This document shows positions 26,334 through 38,706 of a stretch of 64,000 nucleotides of DNA, in pieces. Under the pieces are notes generated by a model. It saw only the letters and a program-made list of their open reading frames with translations, was not told the origin of the DNA and did not search any database. A program made the translations under genes and the position numbers. Each line of letters begins with the position of its first letter. Position 1 is the stretch's first letter. Source of the stretch: Macrostomum lignano (Eukaryota); the NCBI GenBank assembly GCA_002269645.1, contig NIVC01000419.1, forward strand, positions 496,001 to 560,000. Reading direction: 5' to 3'.

Positions 26334-26820
26334 CTGGATGGAATTCTTGCAGAGTAAAATCACAACGCGTTATGTGATTGCAAGAAAAAAATGCGATTTT
26401 GCGTCAAAAAATCCGGAAAAAATGCGTCGCAGAATTTCAGACAAAATTGCTAATTCTTAATATATGCAAAATTGCACTTGAGATATTGGATTTAGCAAAA
26501 GATAATCCTACTAGCTAAGATCACGAAGAAAAAAAGAATAAAAAGTAAAAACTAAATAAGGCACAAAAGTAAAAATTTGAAAAAATTCTATAAAAAGTAG
26601 ACATTCGTAACATTCTCTAACATACATATTTGGACGTAAATTCAAATCACTACATTTTCTTAGAATGCATTTTTCGTTATTGTCTCGTTATTTTGTTATT
26701 TTGTTATTTTGCGACGTGCTAAGTACCAAAATAAAAAATGTGACCAATAAAAAATATTTTGCGCGCCATAAAAAATCACATAATTCCGTTTGACTTAAGA
26801 AATACAAGAATTCCATCCTG
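26334..26820. mobile_element. Old MITE-like element with short TIRs
   Basis: CTGGATGGAATTCTTG at 26334 versus CAAGAATTCCATCCTG ending 26820; internal TTATGTGATT/AATCACATAA also mirrored. No TSD seen. Confidence 0.35.
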
Positions 26821-28324
26821 GCTTAGTGTAGACCTAATCAAGAGCTGCTTTTATGTCCCAATGTTTCGAAAAGATTTAAAAATATGCATAGGCCAAGCCA
26901 GGGCCAGTGGGGGCATATGTTTGATGAAACTGTCATTGCATAGTTTTTTATTTTTTAACATTCAATAATTTCAATTAAACTCAGATTAGTACAAATATGA
27001 TATTATAAACAATCTTTAAATATCATAAACTATATTTCAAAATTGCTAAAATTATTTCATTGCTTATTCGAAACTACTAGGCGTAGAAACTTAATCTATA
27101 TCTAAATGGCTAAATTAAATACAAGTCCAACATAACATACATACTACAACATACTATTTAGCTATGAGCATTTACTTTTATTAGCATAATAGCATTAGCC
27201 TAGGGGCCTAGCAATAATAGCATTATATTAGAACATATAAATGTAGCAGTGTGATTGGGCAAGACGACAAGATTCAACTTTAAACGGGACTGGACAACTA
27301 CCTTCAGTGTCAGTCAGACCGCGTCGGACAGGGTGGACCGGTGGACGTTCAGTTCAGGACGTTGTGAATTTTCACATTATTGCGGTTATCGGGGCGATTT
27401 GAACTCGCACTTTTTCTGCGAACTTTTTATGGTTTAAACAATGTCTACTGAGTGTGGGGATCTAAATAATGTAGAAACGAATTCGCTAATGCAGAAAAAT
27501 AAATTAGTTAAATGTTAGCTACTGAGCTTATAAGATATTTCTTCACCAAGATAGAGCTTCTGTGATGGGTCTCCTGACGGCAGCTGAACGGGTCTGATGT
27601 GTATAGCTGCATGGAAGCGAGCTGGTGGCTGGAATTCGCTTGCGCACAAATTATACAAAAAACGACGTAAAATTCCCAGTGTGCATCATGCATATGCCTT
27701 TTTTAGCACTAATAGCGCTAGCGTTGTGTCCATGCAAAAATTATTCATTTGTACATGCATCTAGTATGTAACTTACATTTCGAACAAGCTATGACGACAA
27801 GACATTTTTGGTTTTGATGTAACCGCCCTTGTCGCCTGTCCGCTCCGTTGAGAGACGAACGCATGACCAGAGGGGGCAATGACCCCGTAGGCTGCCTATG
27901 ACCGGGGCAATGACCTGACGGACCTCCCAGCACCAGACTGTCCAGCCCACATGATTGATAGCTTTGGTAGCGCTTTCCTAACCAGAGGGCCAAGGACCCA
28001 AATGGACCCCACCTGTAGCCAAGGTGCAATAGTTATGGTCACTCGGTCATAGCATGATCGAGTGGCTGCCACCACTCTATATGTGACCTGGCGCACCTAG
28101 ATATTATTACCAGACCTCTCGAGGCTAGAGCCCCGCCTGGATTGGACCAGTGGATTTAGACTAACAGGGGAGACACATGCAGCCGAGTACAGGCCGACTC
28201 TGCTTGGGGCATGATCGGGAACTCTGGGCTCAATCTCTGAAGGATTTCTCAACAGGGATCCAATATTGTGGCTGTGAGCGAGGCTGACTTTTGATTACTA
28301 AGAGTAGCGTGAGATGAACATGTA

Positions 28325-31300
28325 CCCAGTGGCAAAGCCGAGCTCGGTCCGAGCTCGGGCCGACGTCGGCCACTCGGCATTCGATCGGCCATGCTAAAGT
28401 CGGCCAGCCGACATCGGCCCGAACTCGGGAGAATCTCGGGGTGCCGCGCCGTTAACCGATTAAAATTTTTAATCAATTAAGCAGAATTTACCTACAATAA
28501 TCAATTCGATATGATTAAAAAAGAACACCGCATAAATATAGATGAATAATTTACACTGAAAAAGTGACTCTTTTGCAATAAACAAAAACAACGCAATCAT
28601 ACAGCACTTTTGATCCACCAAAGTGGTGTAATGTGCTTTTTACACATACTAATTGTGTTTTTACTGAATTAGTTTCCTCGTTGAGTAGGCGATTTGACTT
28701 TTATGGATTTATTCTCCTTCGAGACGACCATGAAGTGCATGCGTTATAGGTACGGAAAATTCGAAGTACTGGATTTTAACAATTATATATATGAGTAATT
28801 TACCAGATAAAAGAACATAGCTTCGTTAGTAAAAATATAAATAAATAATAAACTGCTTCAGAATTTACTTAAGGCGTAATTATTGCTCATTTTTTTGCCA
28901 TTCATTTGAATATATTGCTCCCATGTAGTCGGACGTATCATGAGTGGTTTTTTAGTCAATTGTAAACAGTGTCTGGCTCTTTTTAACGTGGCAATTCATT
29001 TAGCTTCTTAGACTTAGTTATTATTTTATTACACGTTCTTTGGAAGCATTTAGATGTTTCGGCAAAAATTCCAGAGACATACTTAGTCTTACAGTTAAGC
29101 CGAAACTAATTGAACTATAGCTAGTTGAAGTTAACTACACTGATGCAATGTAAACTTGCTTCTTTTTTTGGGTTTAATGGAGATTGCTTACAATTCATGA
29201 ATAGGCGTATGAAATATGTTCTCATAAATAATAATAAGACATATTACGATGGCAATTCACCAGCTATTTTCAGAATGGCCATCAAATAGTTATCTAGGAG
29301 TTAAAAGTGAATAAATATCTACAAAAAAGCATATTTTCATGATAAAATGTTTAAAAGTATAGGATTGCAATAGGAGTTACCATAACTTAACTGTAGGAAT
29401 GATATCTAGCTTAGGTCATAAATCCTGTGATTTGAAGTCTAAAATGGCCTAAAGCTAAATAAAGCCAGGTTTTTAATCTCCTATGATATTTTTATCCTTA
29501 CTATATTTAGCTTCTTATTTTTTCATTTGTCTAGGCCCATGGCAATGCCATCATGAATTACATACAATCAGTTAATTTAAGGCATTGTTTATGTACTATA
29601 GGCCAGGATATAATGCCAATTGTGCATTTTATGGCAGGCAATTTAATGTAATTTTGCTATATATGCCAGATTTTTTACTTTTTTAAATTGATTCACAGTA
29701 TTCATATTATACTATATTATTTTTCTAATGACTTTTTAGTATAACTACAGTATACTTATATTACTATAATAGGTTTTTACTTTATTTTGCACTATAGACT
29801 AGATCTTGATGCTATTTTATATACTAGGGCCCTATGCCACATTTGGCATCAGTTTTGTTCTATAGGCCAGATTTGGGTATCATTTTTGTGTTTTTCCATT
29901 TATGCATTTGACTCCAATTTTTTTATCTTTTCATCATATGGCTTCATTTCTAACCCCCTTGATGTTCTAGATACAACACTGAGAAAATGGGGTGAGATTC
30001 TAAGCCTCCCCACAAGCAATGCAGAAGCAGCAGCATGACAGTCATGCCCATGACCACCACATTGAGATGGGCAACGCAGTTGTTGCGAGGGACTTTGCTG
30101 CTGATGGCAGCTGGAAGCCTGCTGTTCTGACCGACTGCTCCAGGGCTGTCTCTCTTGCCAGTTTGACAATGGTCGAGAGGTCCATCGGCACATCAATCAA
30201 GTGCCTGCGGCGCCTTCCAAAGTTGAGCAACCGCTATGTGCCGAGGTGCCTGATGATCAACAGAAGCATCTGCGGAGACGCCTGGCCAGGCACCAGAGTT
30301 GAGCTCTGCGGCGCCACTTTGACGTTCGACCAGGGCAAGAGCTTAACCTGACCGGCTGCGCTACCAGTGACTATGGACTGTTCCTCTATGGACTGTGAAC
30401 TGATTTGCGTCTTTTATTCTCGTTTTTATCCAACGCTTAATCTTTGTGGGGAGGAGTGTGGTGACTTGGCTGAGCAAATTGTTGTTTGTTTTGTTAGCTT
30501 GTTTTTACTCCGTGTTTTGAGGTGGTGTTTTACCAGTTTCGCTGCGTGCTCCCTTCTGCGATATTTCGCTGTACATTCTTATGTGCGCTCTGCATTCTGG
30601 CCGCTCTTGCTCTCCACCCTTAAGCCTCTTACACCCAATGTATCGTGCTCAATATTTACAATATAAATTGCAGTCGCTTTCCTCGTATCAAGCGTCTCGT
30701 TCTACAATCTAAAGTGAAGTCTTTACAGTTTATAATGTTTATAAATGCTCAACCAAATCCGTATCACAACCCTTAACACAACCTCTGTTTTCAGCTGTTT
30801 AGCTACTTTTTCTCTTTGTTTTCTTGCTTATTGGTTGAAAAGTTAATCTTGTATCATTATTAGCATTTGATAATACACTAGTGTGCTTGTGGTGGATTTA
30901 CTGTTGCGGTGTTCTTTTAATTCAATTATTTTAAGTTCTTCTAAATCGTTGTCTTATTTCACAATCATTTAATCCTGGACATGGTTGTTGGTTGTATATT
31001 TGTTGGGTCAGAGAACTGAGTCTGGTGGATATGTATTTAATTCCGAGGGGAAATCAATTAAACTAGTTATACTAGAGGCTCACCATAACTAGGCTCATAT
31101 ACATTACCACTGCAAAGCACTAACATGCTAGGAATGACATGGGATCTTTAACTCGATGGTTTCAATTCGTGTCATGTCGTTTTCCCATTCACATTTTCTT
31201 TTTCATGTAATACCGAATGTGCATGTACAGTACAAGTCTATAGAAAGTAAAAGTGGCACCTACATGTAGTCAATCTGTAAGAAGCAATATAAGCTTTATA

Positions 31301-31461
31301 ATAAGCTAAATAGAAAGTATAGTGCAAAGCTACTCGGCATTACCGCGGTCAGCCGACCTCGGCCCGAGGTCGTCGGCCCGAGCTAGAACCGCCGTCAACC
31401 CGCCGAGCTCGGCCCGATCTCGGCGGACCGAGCTCGGGCCGAGGTCGGCTTTGCCACTGGG
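28325..31461. mobile_element. Non-autonomous TIR element 1 (CCC..GGG ends, 2-bp TSD TA; CMC/EnSpm-like)
   Basis: CCCAGTGGCAAAGCCGA at 28325 mirrored by TCGGCTTTGCCACTGGG ending 31461; TA on both sides; palindromic GCCGAGCTCGG subterminal repeats; no transposase ORF. Superfamily is inferred from ends and TSD length. Confidence 0.85.
30013..30727 (+). mobile_element. 3' fragment of a Gypsy-type LTR retrotransposon (integrase C-terminus, PPT, LTR) inside element 1
   Basis: QKQQHDSHA..GNAVVARDF..SWKPAVL, then in another frame QFDNGREVHRHINQV, then PL*RSTRARA*PDRLRYQ*. Purine tract GGGGAGGAG 30448-30456 directly followed by TG; candidate LTR end TACA at 30706 or 30727. Confidence 0.7.
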
Positions 31462-31960
31462 TACTAGCTATAGTTTTAAATTGCTCAGGGCGGAAGGGAC
31501 GCGTCAGTATGGGGTTGCAACCTTCCTACTGACATTCTGTGCCAAGACTCGCTAATCCCTCCTACAGCACGCACACACAGCTCCGACCCGCAGCACGCAC
31601 CCACAGGCGGGCTTTACACGGGGAGAGGCCATTAGCTTACCCAAACTTCCTTATGGTTTTCCACCCAGGGAGAAAGGCTTCAGCAAGCCATGAGTGAAAT
31701 GAGGGTGATAGAGTGAATAATATGAGGGGTTTAGTAATAGTTAATAATTAGGCCCTTAGGCAAATAATTAGGCAATTACGCGGCTTCACTATTGAATAAA
31801 GTACAGCAAAAGATACGGTATCACAATCGGCGATCAGCTCTCTAATCAAGCAATGGAAAATAGGCAAACCCCGGATTAGCAAGGCAATGAGAGCACAAAT
31901 TAGTAGCTTACCGGCAGCTGCACAGAGAGAGAGAGAGCGACGGAGTGGCCGAGGGCGGCT

Positions 31961-34548
31961 CCCAGTGAAAAATGATTTATGGATTCCACGTGGGTTCCAC
32001 GTGGCCATGTGGAATTTAAATGTTTCTTTAATTTTTGCAAATTAATGACTTAAAGATGACATAATGGTATGCAAAGTATTTTTTATGCATTATTTTTTTA
32101 TTTTTACTGTCCTAATGTTGATGTGGATTTTACAAGGAATTCAAGAGAAATAAGCGTATATTGATTCAACATGGAATCCACTTCGATAAAAAACTGTGAT
32201 ACACCACATTCAGACGTTTTTATGAAATTACTATAATAAATTATTATATTTATATGCTTTTAAGTAAAAATTAATATCTTAAAGCTAAATTATAATCGGA
32301 CAATAAGACACTGTTTGTTAAAATAGACAAAATAGAAGTAAACAATAAAAAACGTTTCGTGCTTTTTAAAATGAAATTAATTTTATTTTATATTCGTCAA
32401 TGTCTTGGTTCAAGGCCTTGAAACATAAATTGCCTTGTTTATGGCTATTTAAGCACCTTAAAAATTTTAGTAGACCTAGCCTATAGGCAATAACTTATAA
32501 GGCCATGGCCTCCATGGGATTAGAAATTAGATAAATCAGTATTTTATCATAGATAGGCCTAATACTTTTGGTAAAATCCATGATAAATTTATTTAGGCTT
32601 ATCTAATTTCTAGGAATCCCATGGCCATGTCCATAGATTGGCTACTCATTTTTTAACTTGAATAGGCCTTTAGAAGTTCATAATTTCCTCTTAGTCCTAC
32701 CTATCTATTTATATGTATGCTCATTAGGCCTATTTTAAGCTAGGCCTATAACTATCAATTTAGCCTAAAATTTAGGTCCTTCTATTTTAATTAAGGTTAG
32801 GACTAGCTTGACTTTGTGAATTGTGACTAGTCAATCTAGTTAATCTGTTAAAAATCTATTAATTTATGATTTTCTTCAAAAAAGCCTATTAGCATCTTTT
32901 GGACTTGTTGCATTTTTTAAAAACAATTTTTCTCTAATCAATTGCATAGAAACAAGCAAGATTTTCATTTTTAGTATATGGATATTATTAATTATAATAA
33001 ATAATTCTTTGCAATTACACTTGCAACTTGCTTTTGGCATAGCTAGCCTAGCAGACCCCTAAGGTTGCTATTATAAATAAGTATTAAATTATTGTAAATT
33101 TGATCCGATTTAGGCCAAGACCAGAATTTAATAGCCATAGGGCATAGCTATTTAGGCTTAGGCCGCTTAGGCCTAATGTTTAATCATACTAGGCTAGCAA
33201 ATATAAAAAACATGCATTGCTTTGCCTAAATACTTTATAGTCTAAAATCAATTTTAAAATAAAAAATTAAATTTATAGAAACATTTATTAATTCTTTTTG
33301 TACTTATTATTTTATTGGTAATTTTATTGATTGACTTAGGTAGAGTTTTCTTTTTTGCTAGAGACAAGGTGCAAAATCATACCCTATGCTTACTTTTAGG
33401 GTTTTATAATTTTAAGGCTTAGAATGCAGTTTCTCTTTTTTCTTATATGAAGGCAGTGCAAATAAGGCTTCAACAAAAAAATAGGTAATGAGATCGCACC
33501 TAAACTGTATCCACTTTTTATTTTCAATTTTCAAGGTGGGATTTTAAAATTTAGGGTGCATATGCATACTTTGCGCATAAAAAATAAACCTAGGACTTAG
33601 GCCTAGTTAATTTTAAAATAAACTTTTTTTATAAGTATTCATCAATAAATTAGTTTTATGAATTATATCAATATTATTTATCAATCTTAATTGGCAACAA
33701 TTATTTTTCTATTTTATTTCAGCCTAACATTACATGGCCCATCCTCAAACTTGGATGTCACCTTGGTCTTGCATTTGAAGAAGCTTGCAAAGCTACTTGG
33801 AATTTGAATTTAATATCTCAAATGCTACCTTTTGTGAAGCAATGGTAAGTTTTAGTTATAAACTGATTTTTTTCTGTCATCAAAATCTATCAAAATCTAT
33901 TATAAAATCTGTCATCAATCTATTATAAAATTCTGTAATTTAAACCCTTTCTTTTCTAAGGTTGCTCACCTGACCTAAAGAAGCAGCATTCTGGCAATTG
34001 GCAGCAGCATGTTTCTGACTGTTCTAATTCTGATGCATTATATTATTGTTAATTAATTAATGCTATTGACAATGTCAATTTCAAATTATATATTATATTA
34101 TATGCGCAGTGCAACTCTAAAGATATCAATATTTACATCAGTGTGTTTATTCTTTGTGTGCCAATGACTCACTACTGTACATAAATACACCTTACATCGT
34201 TTTTAAATATTGAATTTTGAATTTTTGTGCAGAAATATTTTTGGCTATAGCTAGTGTTTTATCTGTGTTTCAGTTTCTTTTATATGGTATTGAGATCTGG
34301 GGTTCGTATGAAATTTTGAGATCTGGTATTATTTTGAGATTTAGGATGCAACAATTTATTATGGCAACCAGTATAATGGCTGCTTACTCAATGACAATGT
34401 GGATTCTATGTGAAATACATAATTACTTCCATATGGATCTTCCATGTGGAATCCATATCTTGATTCCACATGGATGGACGGAGACAAATGCACATATGGA
34501 TTTCATATGAAAAATCCACATGGAATCCATATCATTTTTTTCACTGGG
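31961..34548. mobile_element. Non-autonomous TIR element 2 (CCCAGTG..CACTGGG, 2-bp TSD CT; CMC/EnSpm-like)
   Basis: CCCAGTGAAAAATGATTTATGGATTCCACGTGG mirrored by CCACATGGAATCCATATCATTTTTTTCACTGGG; CT on both sides; repeated TCCAYRTGGA-type subterminal palindromes; AT-rich interior. Confidence 0.85.
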
Positions 34549-34821
34549 CTGTAGGCTGCAGTTAGTAGGCAGACGATGAAGCGGCGAAGCGCTGCATGGT
34601 GTAGATCAGGCGATGCTGATGATGATTGGCGGTAACAGACAGCGGACCGGCAGATGAGCTCACTTGGGGAGCTGAGATAACTTGGCGTAACAGACCGCAG
34701 ACCGGCAGAGGTTCGTCTTATAGACGAATAGGTCAAAGCAACGCCTGACAGCAAGTCCACAATAGGTAGGACGCTTGAGAAAAAGCGAAGGTTGAGGATT
34801 CTCATGCCGAAAACCGCTTCC

Positions 34822-35314
34822 TTATATAGCCTTCCCAGCCGCCGCTCCAAGGTCGTTTCCATGACTCCCTCTCTCGATTGGCTGCCGGCAGAATGACGTC
34901 ATAATGAGTATGAGCATGAGAACGGCCTATCAATATGAGAAATGGGAAAATTGCGCAATCCGGAGGTGGGGTGGGGGATAATTGGCGCAGCGGGAGGTCG
35001 AGAAAGTGTTGCGCAATTGCAAACATTGAGAACAATGGGGCTGGGGTCGAGGACAAGGAAATGGAAAACGGCGATAATTGGGGAGAATCGAGAACAATAG
35101 AAAAGCAAACATTGGAGAAAAGGTGATAATTGGGTGCGAAAACGAGAACAAAAGAAAGAGAAAATCTGGGAAGATGTGATAATTGGGTGCGAAGAGGAGA
35201 ACAAAAGAATCAAAAACGAGAACAATAGAAGCGGAGGTGGGGTGGGTGTCGCATGAGAAATTTGGGGAGAACAATAGCATGAGAAAAGGTTGCGCAAGAG
35301 AGGGGGATGAGTCA
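34822..35314 (-). promoter_or_regulatory. Candidate Pol II promoter: TATA, CCAAT, CRE, three C/EBP and one AP-1 site
   Basis: Minus-strand TATATAA 34828-34822, AGCCAAT 34883-34877, TGACGTCA 34894-34901, TTGCGCAA at 34951, 35009 and 35290, TGAGTCA 35308-35314. Confidence 0.5.
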
Positions 35315-36934
35315 TCGATGAGAAGGAGGGGTCACACGACTTGCGTCACCGTTTGGGAGTTTGAGAAGGGATGGGGGAACGGTGAGCGCACGAAGTACTG
35401 TAAGTAGACACTGAGAAAGGAGGAACAGCGCAGGAAAATAGTGCAAAAAGAGACAAAAAGATGGGGGACAGGAGAGGTACATAACGAATAGGGTAGAGCG
35501 CATAGGAGATAGGGTAGAGGGGGAGGTACAGAGAGGGACAGGGAGCTCCGGAAAGGCATGTGTGGCGGCCGGGGAGACGGAACCGAGGCAGCAGGAAGTG
35601 CAGCAGAGCGGGAGTCTGCAGGCCTGGTCAGAGACCTGGCCCAGTCTCGACGGCTCTGCTCAGGAGGTGCACGGTGATGGTAAGGTGAGGTACTTCCGAA
35701 AAAGTTCCCATGCCCTATCCCGCGACCAGAGCGTGGTTACATCAGTTTGAACTTATTAAATTAGGAGATAGGGAGATTTTTCATACATGTAGTCTAGAGA
35801 GCTGCTTATGTTTAACTTCCAATCACGAGCAATGTACATGTGATGAATCGGGAATATGTAACGTTTATTATAAAGCCTTAGTCTGAACAAGTCTAGGTTC
35901 GGGAAATCCGGTCTCCAGTTGGCAGTAAAATGTAAAAATAGACTTATCTAGGTGCGCCATAACTAATAATAAATTCGCCAAAGACACCCATGCATGAATC
36001 GGTTAGTTTAAAGCATGCATGCAATTTATTAACAACATAAGCCGCCAAATATGGGCGCGTGGACTTAGGAGTAACATATTCATCGACGGGTACATACATA
36101 CTTATGACTATAATTTCAAATTTAACACACTGTTTATTATATCTTCAATAGCTACTCGTGGCATATTTATGAGACAAACAATTTACAGGAAATACATTGT
36201 TTTAATTGAACTTTTGCCATGCATAATTTATGTAAAGTACAAAGGACTGCACGGGGTTAGTTAAAATGTAATAAGAATATATGCATCAGCTATAGGTACG
36301 TGCTATTACATGTAGAAGCTTAATAGATCATTATTATCGTATAACTAAAAATGACACACTAGCTCGCAATTATACAAGTTCGCTAATCGTACCACCGCCA
36401 GGAAAAAAGTTACATTCTACAATTATTATTAGTTGACAAAAAATAACTATCGTAAAACTATTATAAAAAATCAAATAAAAGTATGACGCAACAAGCTAAT
36501 TCGATTTGTTATAACACGCAAGCTGCAACAGTATTTATTGAAGGGGTAGAACAAATTAACGAATTTTACGCTTAGATGAAGGTACACTGATACAACAATT
36601 AAAAACTGGATTTGACAACTTTACAACTGTAAAACCGTTTAAAATAACCCTCCTCCAACGTTCGAAATAGGGCTGGAAATGACATTTTGAAAATGACAAT
36701 GTCAAAATTAATTTGACGTGCTCGTATGACTTGGAAACTATTGCATCCACTACTTTTAGTCGAGTGTAAACAGTGAAAATTTGTTTTTCACTATCAAATG
36801 TGCAACTTTACAATTACTGACAGTGTCATCTGATGGACACAACTAGCATCAACATGTGTTTCTAGATTTTTAAAGAAACTAATTTTAGGAGCTTAGGACA
36901 AATCCTTTTTAGTATCTAGGATTATCTATTTACA

Positions 36935-38355
36935 GGTGCTTCCACACGACTATTCTACAGGCGTTTCAAGGACTGTTCTACAGGTGTTTCAGGGACTGTT
37001 CTACAGGTGTTTCAGGGACTGTTTTACAGGTGCTTCCACACGACTATTCTACAGGCGTTTCAGGGACTGTTCTACAGGTATTTAAGGGACTGTTCTACAG
37101 GTATTTCAGGGACTGTTCTACAGGTATTTCAGGGACTGTTCTACAGGTGTTTCAGGGACTGTTCTACAGGTATTTCAGGGACTGTTCTACAGGTGTTTCA
37201 GGGATTGTTCTACAGGTGTTTCAGGGACTGTTCTACAGGTATTTCAGGGACTGTTCTACAGGTATTTCAGGGACTGTTCTACAGGTGTTTCAGGGACTGT
37301 TCTACAGGTGTTTCAGGGACTGTTCTACAGGTATTTCAGGGACTGTTCTACAGGTGTTTCAGGGACTGTTCTACAGGTGTTTCAGGGATTGTTCTACAGG
37401 TATTTCAGGGACTGTTCTACAGGTATTTCAGGGACTGTTCTACAGGTGTTTCAGGGACTGTTCTACAGGTATTTCAGGGACTGTTCTACAGGTGTTTCAG
37501 GGATTGTTCTACAGGTGTTTCAGGGACTGTTCTACAGGGACTGTTCTACAGGTATTTCAGGGACTGTTCTACAGGTGTTTCAGGGACTGTTCTACAGGTG
37601 TTTCAGGGACTGTTCTACAGGTATTTCAGGGACTGTTCTACAGGTGTTTCAGGGACTGTTCTACAGGTGTTTCAGGGATTGTTCTACAGGTGTTTCAGGG
37701 ACTGTTCTACAGGTATTTAAGGGACTGTTCTACAGGTATTTCAGGGACTGTTCTACAGGTGTTTCAGGGACTGTTCTACAGGTGTTTCAGGGACTGTTCT
37801 ACAGGTGTTTCAGGGACTGTTCTACAGGTATTTCAGGGACTGTTCTACAGGTATTTCAGGGACTGTTCTACAGGTATTTCAGGGACTGTTCTACAGGTAT
37901 TTCAGGGACTGTTCTACAGGTGTTTCAGGGACTGTTCTACAGGTGTTTCAGGGACTGTTCTACAGGTATTTCAGGGACTGTTCTACAGGTATTTCAGGGA
38001 CTGTTCTACAGGTATTTCAGGGACTGTTCTACAGGTATTTCAGGGACTGTTCTGCAGGTATTTCAGGGACTGTTCTACAGGTGTTTCAGGGACTGTTCTA
38101 CAGGTATTTCAGGGACTGTTCTACAGGTGTTTCAGGGATTGTTCTACAGGTGTTTCAGGGACTGTTCTACAGGTGTTTCAGGGACTGTTCTACAGGTGTT
38201 TCAGGGATTGTTCTACAGGTGTTTCAGGGACTGCTCTACAGGTGTTTCAGGGACTGTTCTACTGGTGTTTTAGGAACTGTTCTACAGGTGTTTCAGGGAC
38301 TGTTCTACACTACAGGTGTTTCAGGGACTGTTCTACAGGTGTTTCAGGGACTGAT
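36935..38355 (+). repeat. 23-bp tandem array (TTTCAGGGACTGTTCTACAGGTG) downstream of the Bcl-2 gene
   Basis: 23-aa (69-nt) periodicity in all three + frames. Confidence 0.95.
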
Positions 38356-38706
38356 TAGGTGTGTTTCCACTTTCTTTAAAGTAGCATTGTAGAGACATTG
38401 AAGGTAAAGATCAGTTTTGAGCATAGACAATCACCCATTTACACACGCAAGTAAAATTAACAGGAAAAAGCAAAGCACAGCATAGGAAAATAATTTTATC
38501 TCTCAGACAAGACTTCAAGGAAATATCCTTAATTGACAAATAAGAAAGAAAAATGAGACGAGCACAACGATCGAACATCATGAACTCAAGTATTTAAAAC
38601 ATAAAATAAATAGTTGATAAAACGAAAAAAATGATAAGAAATTACACACGAGAGAATGACGGTGACAGAAAATCGAGTTGGTAAAATCGATTTGAAAGAA
38701 ATTTTT

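Noticed and set aside
27896-28096. IWVLG..VRKA..MWAGQSG resembling an SGNH-like ORF of YR retroelements
   Set aside because: Too short and degenerate, no GGND-type motif, and no adjacent YR element.
35562-35750. Plus-strand GC-rich ORF with a GTAAG donor near 35680
   Set aside because: No recognisable homology and no downstream plus-strand exon.
36935-38355. Array of TTCTACAG|GT motifs resembling recursive splice sites
   Set aside because: They are on the plus strand, where no gene is supported; the adjacent Bcl-2 gene is on the minus strand.
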